DNA of 64,000 nt from Clostridia bacterium (GCA_017415805.1 JAFQEC010000004.1:2843-66842); one strand, 5' to 3'. Positions 1-8,645 are shown, counted from the stretch's first letter. Translations and numbers: made by a program. The notes: a model not told the origin generated them from the sequence alone.

Positions 1-2
1 CC

Positions 3-488
3 GCAAACAATGCGGCGATCGCAAGCAACCCCGTGATGGCCGTGAATGCCTCGCTTTGCTGCTCCTGCGGCGTTTGTGCCGAGGTCTGCTGTCAGGATAT
101 TTCGCCCAAGGACGTGATCCTGTCCCTGAAGGGCTTGCTTGCCAAAAGCAAGCTCCGCTTTTCCGCGGGCAACGGAGAATACACCCCCTTTGACGATAGA
201 GCATATCATTTGATCCCCTCCTCGCGCTGGGAGACCATGCTGGGCGTGCGCCGCTTTGACGCCGTTCCCGTATTCGAGCGTGAGCTGATCGCCCCGCGCG
301 CGGTCGAGATCCCGCTGTCGGGTCACATCGGCGCACCCTCCGTGCCCGTGGTCAAGGCAGGCGATCGCGTGACCAGAGGCACGGTCATTGCCGAGTGCGC
401 GGCGGGCCTTTCCCTTCCCCAGCATGCCAGCATTTGCGGCACGGTGACGCTGGTAGACGACAAAAAGATCGTCATAGAAGCCAACTGA
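3..488 (+). CDS. PduS/RnfC-like Fe-S oxidoreductase, C-terminal fragment (5' end lies left of the window)
   Basis: The frame is open from the window edge to the stop at 488. A Cys-rich ferredoxin-type motif (CCSCGVCAEVCC) is followed by an RnfC-type barrel-sandwich motif (PLSGHIGAPSVPVVKAGDRV...HASICGTV). BMC shell genes follow directly. Confidence 0.6.
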   Translation, partial: ANNAAIASNPVMAVNASLCCSCGVCAEVCCQDISPKDVILSLKGLLAKSKLRFSAGNGEYTPFDDRAYHLIPSSRWETMLGVRRFDAVPVFERELIAPRAVEIPLSGHIGAPSVPVVKAGDRVTRGTVIAECAAGLSLPQHASICGTVTLVDDKKIVIEAN

Positions 489-525
489 AAAATTCTACCA
501 CATTATAATAAAGTAGGTAATAAGC

Positions 526-1071
526 ATGTATCAAGCGATTGGCGTTATTGAATTAAAAAGCATAGCAAAGGGTGTTGAGGCCACCGATGACGCACTGAAA
601 AGCGCAGGCATCACGCTGATCTCGGCGCATCCCGCTTGTCCCGGAAAATACGAAATGATCCTGACGGGCACGATCTCGAACGTGACCGCCGCCGTGGAGC
701 ACGTTAAGGGCCGCTTTGAGGAGCGTCTGGTCGATTATTCGATCATGGGTCGCATCGACGAGCAGGTCATCACGGCACTTTTCGGCACGCAGGTCGCCGA
801 AAAGAAGGGCAGCCTTGGTATCATTGAGACCTATTCCGCCGCAAGTGCCATCAAGGCCGCCGATATTGCCGTAAAGACCGCTAAGGTCGATATCTTCGAG
901 CTGCGCGTTTCACGTGGCATGGGCGGTAAGGGCGTGGTGCTCCTTACGGGTGACGTCGGCGACGTGACCGCCGCCGTTGAGGCAGGCGCAGATCACGCCA
1001 AGGCACAGGGTGTCTTCACGGGCAGCTCTGTGATCGCCGCACCCCACGAGCTTCTCTGGGAGCAGATCTAA
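526..1071 (+). CDS. pduT: Tandem-BMC-domain shell protein (BMC-T), PduT-like
   Basis: 181 aa made of two BMC repeats (IGVIELKSIAKGVEATD... and LGIIETYSAASAIKAADIAVKTA...). Cys38 sits in an ACPGKY context, like the pore Fe-S ligand of PduT. Confidence 0.8.
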   Translation: MYQAIGVIELKSIAKGVEATDDALKSAGITLISAHPACPGKYEMILTGTISNVTAAVEHVKGRFEERLVDYSIMGRIDEQVITALFGTQVAEKKGSLGIIETYSAASAIKAADIAVKTAKVDIFELRVSRGMGGKGVVLLTGDVGDVTAAVEAGADHAKAQGVFTGSSVIAAPHELLWEQI

Positions 1072-1089
1072 CGAAAAAGGGAGCGTACT

Positions 1090-3624
1090 ATGGGAGAACT
1101 GAAATTTGTGATTCAAAAAAGCCCGCGTATTGACCGACTGATCGCGCATCTGTTTGCAAAGATGCCCGAGATCGAGGCCGATCGCGCAGAGCTGGTCACC
1201 GAAAGCTATAAGCAAACCGAGCATCTGCCCATCATCAAGCGGCGCAGTGCGGCGTTTCGGTACATTCTGGAAAATATTCCGATCGTGATCCGCCCCGAGG
1301 AGCTGATCGTGGGTAGCAACTCGCTGGCGCCCCGCGGCTGCCAGACCTTCCCTGAATACTCCTTTGAGTGGCTGGAGCCCGAGTTTGACACCATCGCCAC
1401 GCGCGAGGCCGATCCCTTCTACATTTCCAAGGAAACGGTGGAACGTTTGAAGAAGGTGCATCCCTACTGGAAGGGCAAGACCGTGAGCGACCTTGCCGCC
1501 GCAGGCATGGATCCCGAGGTGCTTGACGTGTTCCTCAACCACGGCATGTTCACCGTCGGCAACTATTTCTACAACGGCGTGGGACACATCAACGTCAACT
1601 ACGCCAAGGTCATCAACAAGGGGCTCGAGGCCATCATTGACGAGGCCAAGGCCGCCATGGCAAAGCTCCATCGCGGCATGGGCGACTATCAGAAAAGAAA
1701 GCAATTTCAAGAGGCCGTGATCGAGAGCTGTGAGGCCGTGATCGCCTACGCCGCCCGTTACGCGGATCTTGCGCGCCGCGAGGCCGCATACTGTGCCGAC
1801 CCCGCACGCCGCGCCGAGCTTTTGGAAATTGCCGAAAACTGCACCCGTGTGCCGGGTAAGCCCGCGCGCAGCTTCTACGAGGCCTGCCAGTCCTTCTGGT
1901 TTATCCAGCAGCTGCTGCAATGCGAATCCAGCGGTCACTCGATCTCTCCCGGTCGCTTTGACCAATATATGTATCCGCTGTTCAAAAAGGACATGGATGC
2001 AGGTGTTCTTACGTATGAAAAGGCGCAGGAGTATATCGACTGCATCTGGGTCAAGCTCAACGACCTCAACAAGGTCCGCGATGCCGCCTCGGCCGAGGGG
2101 TTTGCGGGCTACGGATTGTTCCAGAATCTGATCGTTGGCGGTCAGAACGAGCAGGGCGTGGACGCGACCAACGACCTTTCCTACATGTGCATGGAAGCCA
2201 CGATGCACGTGCGCTTGCCCCAGCCCTCTCTCTCGATCCGCGTTTGGAACTGCTCGCCCCACGATCTTCTGATCAAGGCCGCATCCGTCACGCGCGAGGG
2301 ACTCGGCGTGCCCGCGTTCTACAACGACGAGGTCATCATTCCCGCCATCATGGCGAGGGGTCTGACGCTCGAGGACGCGCGTGATTACTGTATCATCGGC
2401 TGCGTAGAGCCCCAAAAGGGCGCAAAGACCGACGGCTGGCACGATGCGGCCTTCTTCAACATGTGCCGCCCGCTGGAGCTGGTCTTCTCCAACGGTATGG
2501 ACAAGGGCAAGCAGATCGGCCTTCGCACGGGCGAGGTCGAGCAGATGACCTCGTTTGAGGAGTTCTTTGACGCATACAAGAAGCAACAGCTTCACATGAT
2601 CGAAATGATGGTGCACGCCGACAACGCCGTGGACTATGCACACGGCGTGCGTTGCCCCCTTCCCTTTGAGTCTTGCCTTTGCGACGATTGCATCGAGCGG
2701 GGCCTTAGCCTGCAGGAGGGCGGTGCACACTACAACTTCACAGGCCCGCAGGGCTTTGGCATTGCCAATATGACCGATGCGCTCCTGGCGGTCAAAACGC
2801 TCGTATTTGACGAGAAGAAGGTCACCATGGCCGAAATGAAGCAGGCGCTTGCCGACAACTTCGGCAAGGGTATCCTTCCCAAAAAGGCCGTGGAGCTCAC
2901 CACGCAGATCACACGCGAGCTCATGGCAGGCGGTGCGAGCGTGAATGACGATACCATCCGCACGGTCTACCGCAACCTGACCAACGCCGAAACCGTTGAT
3001 CCCGCGAAGAAGGCGCGCTACGCCGAGATCCTTTCGATGATCGAGGCTCTGCCCAAATACGGCAACGACCTCCCCGAGATCGACAGCTTTGCGCGTGAGG
3101 TCGGCAACACCTACACTAAGCCCCTTGAGCATTATACCAACCCGCGCGGCGGCATCTTCCAGGCAGGTCTTTATCCCGTTTCTGCCAACGTGCCGCTTGG
3201 CTATCAGACGGGCGCAACGCCCGACGGCAGACTGGCCTTTACGCCCATCGCCGACGGTGTGGGCCCCGCATCGGGGCGCGACGTCAAGGGCCCCACGGCA
3301 ACCGCGAACTCGGTGGCACGCCTGGATCACGGCATCGCCTCTAACGGCACGCTGTTCAACCAGAAATTCCACCCCTCTGCGCTTTCCTCGATGGCAAGCC
3401 TTGAGAAATTTGTGGCATACCTGCGCGGCTACTTCGACCAGAAGGGCATGCACGTGCAGTACAACGTCGTTTCGCGCGAGACGCTGATCGACGCACAGAA
3501 AAACCCCGAAAAATACAAGAATCTTGTGGTGCGCGTAGCGGGCTACAGCGCGCTGTTCACCACACTCTCACGCTCGTTGCAGGACGACATCATCGCCCGT
3601 ACCGAGCACGGAACTGTCAAATAA
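1090..3624 (+). CDS. Glycyl radical enzyme, BMC-associated diol-dehydratase type (1,2-propanediol dehydratase-like; substrate not provable here)
   Basis: 844 aa with the C-terminal glycyl-radical motif VVRVAGYSALF and the active-site loop IIGCVEPQ (Cys/Glu). GGGAG RBS upstream. Its activase follows and shell genes flank it. Confidence 0.9.
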   Translation: MGELKFVIQKSPRIDRLIAHLFAKMPEIEADRAELVTESYKQTEHLPIIKRRSAAFRYILENIPIVIRPEELIVGSNSLAPRGCQTFPEYSFEWLEPEFDTIATREADPFYISKETVERLKKVHPYWKGKTVSDLAAAGMDPEVLDVFLNHGMFTVGNYFYNGVGHINVNYAKVINKGLEAIIDEAKAAMAKLHRGMGDYQKRKQFQEAVIESCEAVIAYAARYADLARREAAYCADPARRAELLEIAENCTRVPGKPARSFYEACQSFWFIQQLLQCESSGHSISPGRFDQYMYPLFKKDMDAGVLTYEKAQEYIDCIWVKLNDLNKVRDAASAEGFAGYGLFQNLIVGGQNEQGVDATNDLSYMCMEATMHVRLPQPSLSIRVWNCSPHDLLIKAASVTREGLGVPAFYNDEVIIPAIMARGLTLEDARDYCIIGCVEPQKGAKTDGWHDAAFFNMCRPLELVFSNGMDKGKQIGLRTGEVEQMTSFEEFFDAYKKQQLHMIEMMVHADNAVDYAHGVRCPLPFESCLCDDCIERGLSLQEGGAHYNFTGPQGFGIANMTDALLAVKTLVFDEKKVTMAEMKQALADNFGKGILPKKAVELTTQITRELMAGGASVNDDTIRTVYRNLTNAETVDPAKKARYAEILSMIEALPKYGNDLPEIDSFAREVGNTYTKPLEHYTNPRGGIFQAGLYPVSANVPLGYQTGATPDGRLAFTPIADGVGPASGRDVKGPTATANSVARLDHGIASNGTLFNQKFHPSALSSMASLEKFVAYLRGYFDQKGMHVQYNVVSRETLIDAQKNPEKYKNLVVRVAGYSALFTTLSRSLQDDIIARTEHGTVK

Positions 3625-3651
3625 AGCTTACGATGAAAGGAGTCGCGCCGC

Positions 3652-4443
3652 ATGAATATCTATGAGCAGACAGGCCGTATTTTTGACATACAGCGCTACT
3701 CCATTCACGACGGCCCCGGTATTCGCACTATCGTCTTTTTGAAGGGCTGCTACCTGCGCTGCCGCTGGTGCTGCAACCCCGAATCGCAGGAATACAAGCT
3801 CCAGGAGCTGACGCAGGGCGGAAAAACGCGTACCGTTGGCAGGGATGTGACAGTTGGTGAGGTCATGGACGAGATCCGAAGGGATGCCGTTTATTACAGC
3901 CGAAGCGGCGGCGGTGTAACACTGTCGGGCGGAGAGTGCATGGCACAGCCCGAATTTTCCGAGGCCTTGCTTCGCGCCGTGCACGAATACGGCTACACCA
4001 CCGCCATTGAAACCACCGCGTTTGCATCGCGCGAGGTGGTGGACCGCCTGCTGCCGCACGTGGACTATTTCCTGCTGGACATCAAGCATATGGACAGCGA
4101 AAAGCACCGTCAGTTCTGCGGCAAGCCGAATGACGTGATCCTGGAAAACGCGCGGTATATCGCACAAAACGCAAAAAATTTAGTGATCCGCGTGCCAACC
4201 GTCCCCACCTTCAACGCAAGTGCCGAGGAGATCGCCGCCATTGCGCGCTTTGCCGACTCCCTGCCGCGCGTTGGCGAGCTTCACCTGCTGCCCTATCATC
4301 GCTTGGGGCAGGATAAGTACGCAGGGATCGGCCGCGAATACACTCTGTCACACATCACGCCCCCCACCAACGAGGAAATGGAGCAGTTGGCAGCCGCCGC
4401 ACGCGCGGCAGCACCCCGACTGCACGTACAGATCGGCGGCTGA
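3652..4443 (+). CDS. Glycyl-radical enzyme activating enzyme (radical SAM)
   Basis: 263 aa with the CxxxCxxC cluster motif (CYLRCRWCCNPE) and LSGGEC. AAAGGAG RBS upstream. It is the short PflA-like form with no extra ferredoxin-like Cys insert. Confidence 0.9.
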   Translation: MNIYEQTGRIFDIQRYSIHDGPGIRTIVFLKGCYLRCRWCCNPESQEYKLQELTQGGKTRTVGRDVTVGEVMDEIRRDAVYYSRSGGGVTLSGGECMAQPEFSEALLRAVHEYGYTTAIETTAFASREVVDRLLPHVDYFLLDIKHMDSEKHRQFCGKPNDVILENARYIAQNAKNLVIRVPTVPTFNASAEEIAAIARFADSLPRVGELHLLPYHRLGQDKYAGIGREYTLSHITPPTNEEMEQLAAAARAAAPRLHVQIGG

Positions 4444-4470
4444 CCGCCGCTTTGAAGCAAGGAGATCCGT

Positions 4471-4839
4471 ATGGAAGCTATGGAAATGAGAGATAAAATG
4501 CGCATCGTGCAGGAGCTTGTCCCCGGGCGGCAGATCACGCTGGCGCATGTGATCGCCAATCCCGATCCCATTCTTTATCAGAAAATGGGCCTTGATCCCA
4601 AGCTGGATTATCAGCGTGCTGCCATCGGCGTGCTGACGATCTCGCCCGCTGAAACGGCTGTTATCACCGCCGATATTGCCCTCAAGGCATCGGGCGCGGA
4701 GCTTGGCTTTGTGGACAGATTTTCGGGCACGCTGATCATCACGGGAACGGTGGATGAGGTCGAGGCCTCGTTCCAGGCGATCGCCACCTACTTCCGTGAC
4801 ACGCTGAAATTCTCGGTGTGCGACGTCACGCGCACGTAA
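4471..4839 (+). CDS. pduU: Circularly permuted BMC shell protein, PduU/EutS-like
   Basis: 122 aa. IVQELVPGRQITLAHVIANP and GVLTISPAETAVITADIALKASG match the PduU/EutS pattern. AAGGAG RBS upstream. Confidence 0.8.
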   Translation: MEAMEMRDKMRIVQELVPGRQITLAHVIANPDPILYQKMGLDPKLDYQRAAIGVLTISPAETAVITADIALKASGAELGFVDRFSGTLIITGTVDEVEASFQAIATYFRDTLKFSVCDVTRT

Positions 4840-4843
4840 ACTT

Positions 4844-5269
4844 ATGAAAAAGATCATCCTGATGGGGCGTGTGGCGGCAGGAAAGACCACCCTGACGCAG
4901 GCCCTGAAGGGCGAGCAGCTCCATTATTGTAAGACACAATACGTCAATTATACCGACACCATCATTGATACGCCCGGCGAATACACCGAGGTGCATACAT
5001 TGAGTGCGGCGCTTGCTGTCTACTCCTACGAGGCCGATATCATCGGGCTTGTGATCAGCGCCAACGAGCCGTTTTGCGTATTTCCACCCCACTGCACCTA
5101 TCACGTCAACCGTGAGGTGGTCGGCATCATTACGGGCATCGACAAGCCCGATGCCAACGTGGAGCTGGCCGAGCTCTGGCTGCGAAACTGCGGGTGCAAG
5201 AAGCTGTTTTACGTTTCGTCCTACACGGGCGAGGGACTGAACGATATCATCGATTACCTAAATCAATGA
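4844..5269 (+). CDS. pduV: EutP/PduV-family small GTPase
   Basis: 141 aa with P-loop GRVAAGKTTL and DTPGEY. Length and order match PduV/EutP. It starts 4 nt after the pduU-like stop. Confidence 0.8.
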   Translation: MKKIILMGRVAAGKTTLTQALKGEQLHYCKTQYVNYTDTIIDTPGEYTEVHTLSAALAVYSYEADIIGLVISANEPFCVFPPHCTYHVNREVVGIITGIDKPDANVELAELWLRNCGCKKLFYVSSYTGEGLNDIIDYLNQ

Positions 5270-5283
5270 AAAGGATGTAAGCT

Positions 5284-6075
5284 ATGGCCATCACGAAAAC
5301 GATATGCTTTGCAAACAACAAGGGCGGCAGCGGTAAATCCACTACCTGCGCCAACGTCGGCTATGCCCTTTCGACCCTGGGCAAGAAGGTGCTGCTGATC
5401 GACGGCGATATGCAAATGAACCTGACGCTCTCCTTTTTTGACGACGAGCGCTCGCTTGAATTTGCCAAGAGCGATCTCAATCTTTATCGCGGCATCACAG
5501 AGCAAAAGGATCTGAGCGATTTCATCCAGCATACCGACTACAAGGGACTGGATCTCATTCCCTCCTCCACGCTGATGAGCAGCATTGAGTTCGACCTGTT
5601 CACCAAATGGCAGCGCGAGTTCATCCTCAAAAAGGGGTTGGAGCGCATCAAGGCGACCGGAAAATACGATTACATCCTGATCGATGCCCCCCCCACGCTC
5701 GGCTGCTGGGTCATGAACATCATGTGCGCCAGCGACCACCTCGTCATTCCCGTTGAGGCATCGCCGTGGGGACTGTTCGGCATCGCGAATATGTTTGAGT
5801 TTTACGAGCAGATCCGGCAGGTCGCGCCCACGCTCAATTTGTTGGGCATCGCCGTGACCAAAGCAAGCGAACGCAAAAATTATTTCAAGCAGACCATTGA
5901 CACGCTCTCCTCGCTGGAAAACGTACGGCTGTTTTCGTCGATCATCCGCGTGGACAGCATGGTGGAGTGGTCTCAGGACGTCAGCAAGCCCGTGATGGCT
6001 TATAAGAAGAGCAGTCGCGCGGCACAAGAATACATGGAACTTGCAAAGGAGATCGAAACATATGTCAATCGGTAA
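5284..6075 (+). CDS. ParA/MinD-family ATPase (McdA-like candidate), last-but-one gene of the BMC operon
   Basis: 263 aa with the deviant Walker A NNKGGSGKST and Walker B YILIDAPP. AAAGGA RBS lies in the 14-nt gap after pduV. No ParB gene is nearby. Confidence 0.85.
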   Translation: MAITKTICFANNKGGSGKSTTCANVGYALSTLGKKVLLIDGDMQMNLTLSFFDDERSLEFAKSDLNLYRGITEQKDLSDFIQHTDYKGLDLIPSSTLMSSIEFDLFTKWQREFILKKGLERIKATGKYDYILIDAPPTLGCWVMNIMCASDHLVIPVEASPWGLFGIANMFEFYEQIRQVAPTLNLLGIAVTKASERKNYFKQTIDTLSSLENVRLFSSIIRVDSMVEWSQDVSKPVMAYKKSSRAAQEYMELAKEIETYVNR

Positions 6076-6292
6076 GGACAGCATTCAAAAGCGTGTAGCA
6101 AAGCCGCAGCAGCCCGCTGCAATCGAAAAGAAGGCGACCGCGCCCAAGGCAGCCCCCAAGAAAGCCCCCACCAAGACCTTGGTCGTGACCAAAATTGCAC
6201 CCGAGGTGGTGGAGAAGGTCACGGGACACAGCGAAAAGGCGGCCGTGGAAAAGGTCAGCGTTGGTAGCGATCTTCCCTATTTCCTGCTCTGA
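6062..6292 (+). CDS. Small Lys/Ala/Pro-rich, probably disordered protein (candidate ParA partner)
   Basis: ATG 6062 lies 14 nt inside the parA-like gene, with AAGGAG at 6046-6051. 76 aa with 13 Lys, no Cys or Trp, and a hydrophobic tail DLPYFLL. A terminator follows directly. Confidence 0.5.
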   Translation: MSIGKDSIQKRVAKPQQPAAIEKKATAPKAAPKKAPTKTLVVTKIAPEVVEKVTGHSEKAAVEKVSVGSDLPYFLL

Positions 6293-6296
6293 TAAG

Positions 6297-6325
6297 AAAC
6301 CCAAGGCTTTGCCTTGGGTTTTTGC
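6297..6325 (+). terminator. Intrinsic terminator closing the GRM operon
   Basis: An 11-bp stem (AAACCCAAGGC / GCCTTGGGTTT) with a TTT loop, followed by a T-run. Confidence 0.8.
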
Positions 6326-6405
6326 TTTTAAGGCGAGACATTTTGGCGATATCCCTTTACTTCTCGCCCCAAAAGCGGTATAATAGAAAAAAGGGGGGTG
6401 TAACA

Positions 6406-7167
6406 ATGTTACCCGACGCTCTGTTTTGGAACGTTCATATGTACGGCATCCTGATCGCCGTTGGCATCCTGGCCGCGTTTGCGGTCTTATTTCTGTACGC
6501 CAAGCGCAAGGGGCTTGACCCCATATTCACCGATTTCGTGTTTTACACCGCCATCGGCGCCATCGTGTTCGGCTTTTTTGCGGCGGCACTCTTTCAGGCC
6601 ACGTACAATTATATTGAAAATCCCCGCGCGGGATTTTCGCTGGGCGGCGGCATCACCTTTATCGGTGGGCTGATCGGCGGCACGCTGTTTTTCCTTGCCG
6701 TCTATTTTCTGCTCGGCCGTCGGCGCGGCGTTTCGCTGCTTGCCATTGTAACGCTGGCGCCCTGCATGATCACCGTGGCGCACGCCTTCGGGCGCGTGGG
6801 ATGCTTTTTTGCGGGCTGCTGCTACGGAAAGCAGACCGACAGCGTGCTGGGCGTAAAATTCCCCGCGCTGCGGCACGAGGTGCTGCCCACCCAGCTCTGG
6901 GAGGCGATCTTTCTCTTTTTGCTCTTTGGGCTTTGCTCTTATCTCTATCTCAAAAAGGATTTTCGCCACAATATGAGCGTGTATCTCATCGGCTACGGCG
7001 CGTGGCGCTTTGGACTGGAATTTTTGCGCGACGACGCGCGCGGCAAGCTGCTCGGTGCGCTCTCGCCCTCGCAATTCTGGTCGCTTGTAATGATCGCCGC
7101 GGGCGTGGGGCTGTACGTTTTGCTTCGCCACCTCTCCCGATCACAGACAAAGACCGAGAACGTATAA
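6406..7167 (+). CDS. lgt: Prolipoprotein diacylglyceryl transferase
   Basis: Internal ATG 6406 is preceded by AAAAGGGGGG. Multi-pass membrane protein with GGLIGG and HAFGRVGCFFAGCCYG motifs. Confidence 0.85.
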   Translation: MLPDALFWNVHMYGILIAVGILAAFAVLFLYAKRKGLDPIFTDFVFYTAIGAIVFGFFAAALFQATYNYIENPRAGFSLGGGITFIGGLIGGTLFFLAVYFLLGRRRGVSLLAIVTLAPCMITVAHAFGRVGCFFAGCCYGKQTDSVLGVKFPALRHEVLPTQLWEAIFLFLLFGLCSYLYLKKDFRHNMSVYLIGYGAWRFGLEFLRDDARGKLLGALSPSQFWSLVMIAAGVGLYVLLRHLSRSQTKTENV

Positions 7168-7173
7168 TCAAAA

Positions 7174-7199
7174 GGGCGACCTGCTTTTGCAGGTCGCCC
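7174..7199. terminator. Bidirectional terminator between lgt and the ybaK-like gene
   Basis: GGGCGACCTGC-TTTT-GCAGGTCGCCC hairpin between convergent genes. Confidence 0.75.
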
Positions 7200-7206
7200 G
7201 TTTCGT

Positions 7207-7686
7207 TTATTCTTCCTCTTGCCAGCCCTTGGCGACGTCTACCCATGCGATCACGTTACCAAGGCGCTCCAGCGCGGCGGCATCCATGGGGATGGCCGAA
7301 TGTGCGCTGCCTGCGGCGGGATAGAAGGTATTGAAGCGCTTGAGCGATACATCGGCAAACACGCGTACGCCCTCCTTGACGGCAAAGGGGCACACGCCCC
7401 CCGGGGCGTGGCCGATCTTTTCCTCCACCTCGTCAAACGGGATCATTTTGGCCTTCTCGCCGAAGGTGTCCTTAAATTTGCGGTTATCGGCCTTGGCCTC
7501 GCCCGACATGACGACCAGAACGGGGCCCGTAGAGAGCTCAAACGAGAGCGTTTTGGCGATCTCACGCTCCTCGCACCCAATGGCCGCGGCGGCCAGCGCC
7601 ACGGTGGCGGTATCGGCGGCAAATTCGATGACCTCGGCGGCACAGCCTGCCTGCTTCAAATACGCCCTCACTGCTTCGATCGACAT
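7207..7686 (-). CDS. YbaK/EbsC-family aminoacyl-tRNA deacylase
   Basis: 159 aa from M20 of the ORF. AKTLSF, VVMSGEAKADNRK and HAPGGVCPF match the YbaK-fold pattern. A promoter and GGGTAAGGA RBS fit this start. Confidence 0.7.
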   Translation of the reverse strand: MSIEAVRAYLKQAGCAAEVIEFAADTATVALAAAAIGCEEREIAKTLSFELSTGPVLVVMSGEAKADNRKFKDTFGEKAKMIPFDEVEEKIGHAPGGVCPFAVKEGVRVFADVSLKRFNTFYPAAGSAHSAIPMDAAALERLGNVIAWVDVAKGWQEEE

Positions 7687-7714
7687 ATCCTTACCCACTT
7701 TCTGCTTTTTTGTC

Positions 7715-7743
7715 ATTCTACCACAAATACGCACAAGATGCAA
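7715..7743 (-). promoter_or_regulatory. Sigma-70-type promoter of the ybaK-like gene
   Basis: On the minus strand: TTGCAT, 17 nt, TAGAAT, with a TG extension. Confidence 0.55.
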
Positions 7744-7817
7744 GGGCTTGCCGCAAATTGTGTGTGCGCGTTAGTTCCCCTCTTACAAAACAGAAGAAAA
7801 AAATCGGCAAAAAAGCA

Positions 7818-7846
7818 TTGACAAGCGCAAGGGCGCGTGGTAAAAT
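7818..7846 (+). promoter_or_regulatory. Promoter of the Mn-riboswitch/mntP transcript
   Basis: TTGACA (7818-7823), 17 nt, TAAAAT (7841-7846), with TGg upstream (extended -10). Confidence 0.75.
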
Positions 7847-7851
7847 ATAGA

Positions 7852-7974
7852 TGCTCTTCGAGGGAGTAGCAAGCGCACGGTGTGCGTTGCAAGTCAACAT
7901 ACTGACCGAGTACGGTCTGGCTTGCCTTAAATTGCGAGACTCAAATGTGGCGTGGTGCCATATTTGGGTTTTTT
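7852..7974 (+). promoter_or_regulatory. yybP-ykoY (manganese) riboswitch with terminator expression platform
   Basis: Conserved blocks GAGGGAGUAGC, GUCAACAUAC and UUGCGAGAC are present. A 10-bp terminator stem (CAAATGTGGC/GCCATATTTG) and T-run at 7942-7974 overlap the aptamer 3' strand. mntP lies downstream. Confidence 0.85.
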
Positions 7975-8008
7975 CTTTTGCAACAAATACAAAAGGAGAA
8001 CGACCGAG

Positions 8009-8593
8009 ATGAATTTTGAGTTTTTTCTGACCGCGGCATTGCTTGGCTGTGGGCTTGCAATGGATGCGTTTTCCATGTCGCTGGCCAACGGCCTCTCAGA
8101 GCCCTGTATGAAGCCCCACCGCATGTGCGGCATGGCAGGCATTTTCGCCTTTTTCCAATGCGCGATGCCCCTCATCGGCTGGGTCTGCGTACATACCGTG
8201 GCCGAGCGCTTTGAAAAGTTTGAGCGCTTTATCCCGTGGATCGCGTTCGCGCTGCTGGGCTACATCGGCGGCAAGATGCTCGTAGAGGGGCTGCGCGGCT
8301 GTGAGTGTGAGCAGGGCTGTTGCTGTCGCGTAGGATTGGGCGCGCTGCTGGTGCAGGGTGTGGCCACCTCGATCGACGCGCTCTCGGTGGGCTTTACCAT
8401 TGCAGACTACGATCTCATCCCCGCACTTGTGTGCTGTCTGGTCATCGCTGCGCTGACCTTTATCATCTGCACGGTGGGCATCCTGCTTGGCAAGCGATTT
8501 GGCACAAAGCTCGCGGGCAAGGCCACGGTTTTCGGCGGCGTGCTTCTCATCGGCATCGGGCTCAAGATCCTCATCAGCGGCTTAATCGCCTGA
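8009..8593 (+). CDS. mntP: Manganese efflux pump MntP
   Basis: ATG 8009 follows an AAAAGGAGAA RBS. N-terminus LAMDAFSMSLANG and second repeat SIDALSVGF are typical of MntP/DUF204. Confidence 0.85.
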   Translation: MNFEFFLTAALLGCGLAMDAFSMSLANGLSEPCMKPHRMCGMAGIFAFFQCAMPLIGWVCVHTVAERFEKFERFIPWIAFALLGYIGGKMLVEGLRGCECEQGCCCRVGLGALLVQGVATSIDALSVGFTIADYDLIPALVCCLVIAALTFIICTVGILLGKRFGTKLAGKATVFGGVLLIGIGLKILISGLIA

Positions 8594-8603
8594 TCTTAAA
8601 TAC

Positions 8604-8645
8604 AAAAGGCATATATGACATAAGGTCATATGCGCCTTTTTTTAT
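8604..8645. terminator. Bidirectional terminator (mntP / ykvI-like)
   Basis: Imperfect 15-bp hairpin (AAAAGGCATATATGAC...GTCATATGCGCCTTTT) flanked by an A-run and a T-run. Confidence 0.65.

Noticed and set aside
910-3453. An 847-aa ORF on the minus strand, antisense to the glycyl radical enzyme gene.
   Set aside because: It is a shadow ORF typical of high-GC DNA. The product is low-complexity (Arg/Ala/Gly/His/Val-rich), it has no RBS, and the plus-strand frame carries unambiguous GRE motifs.
1090-3624. Calling the GRE a choline trimethylamine-lyase (CutC) or a glycerol dehydratase.
   Set aside because: The substrate cannot be decided by eye. The N-terminal and active-site regions look most like the propanediol-dehydratase type as I remember it, so I kept a generic diol-dehydratase-type call rather than a specific gene symbol.
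6041-6061. A TTG start at 6041 for the small ORF after parA.
   Set aside because: ATG 6062 has an AAGGAG box 10 nt upstream. The TTG start would place the RBS inside the ORF. Either way the product remains hypothetical.
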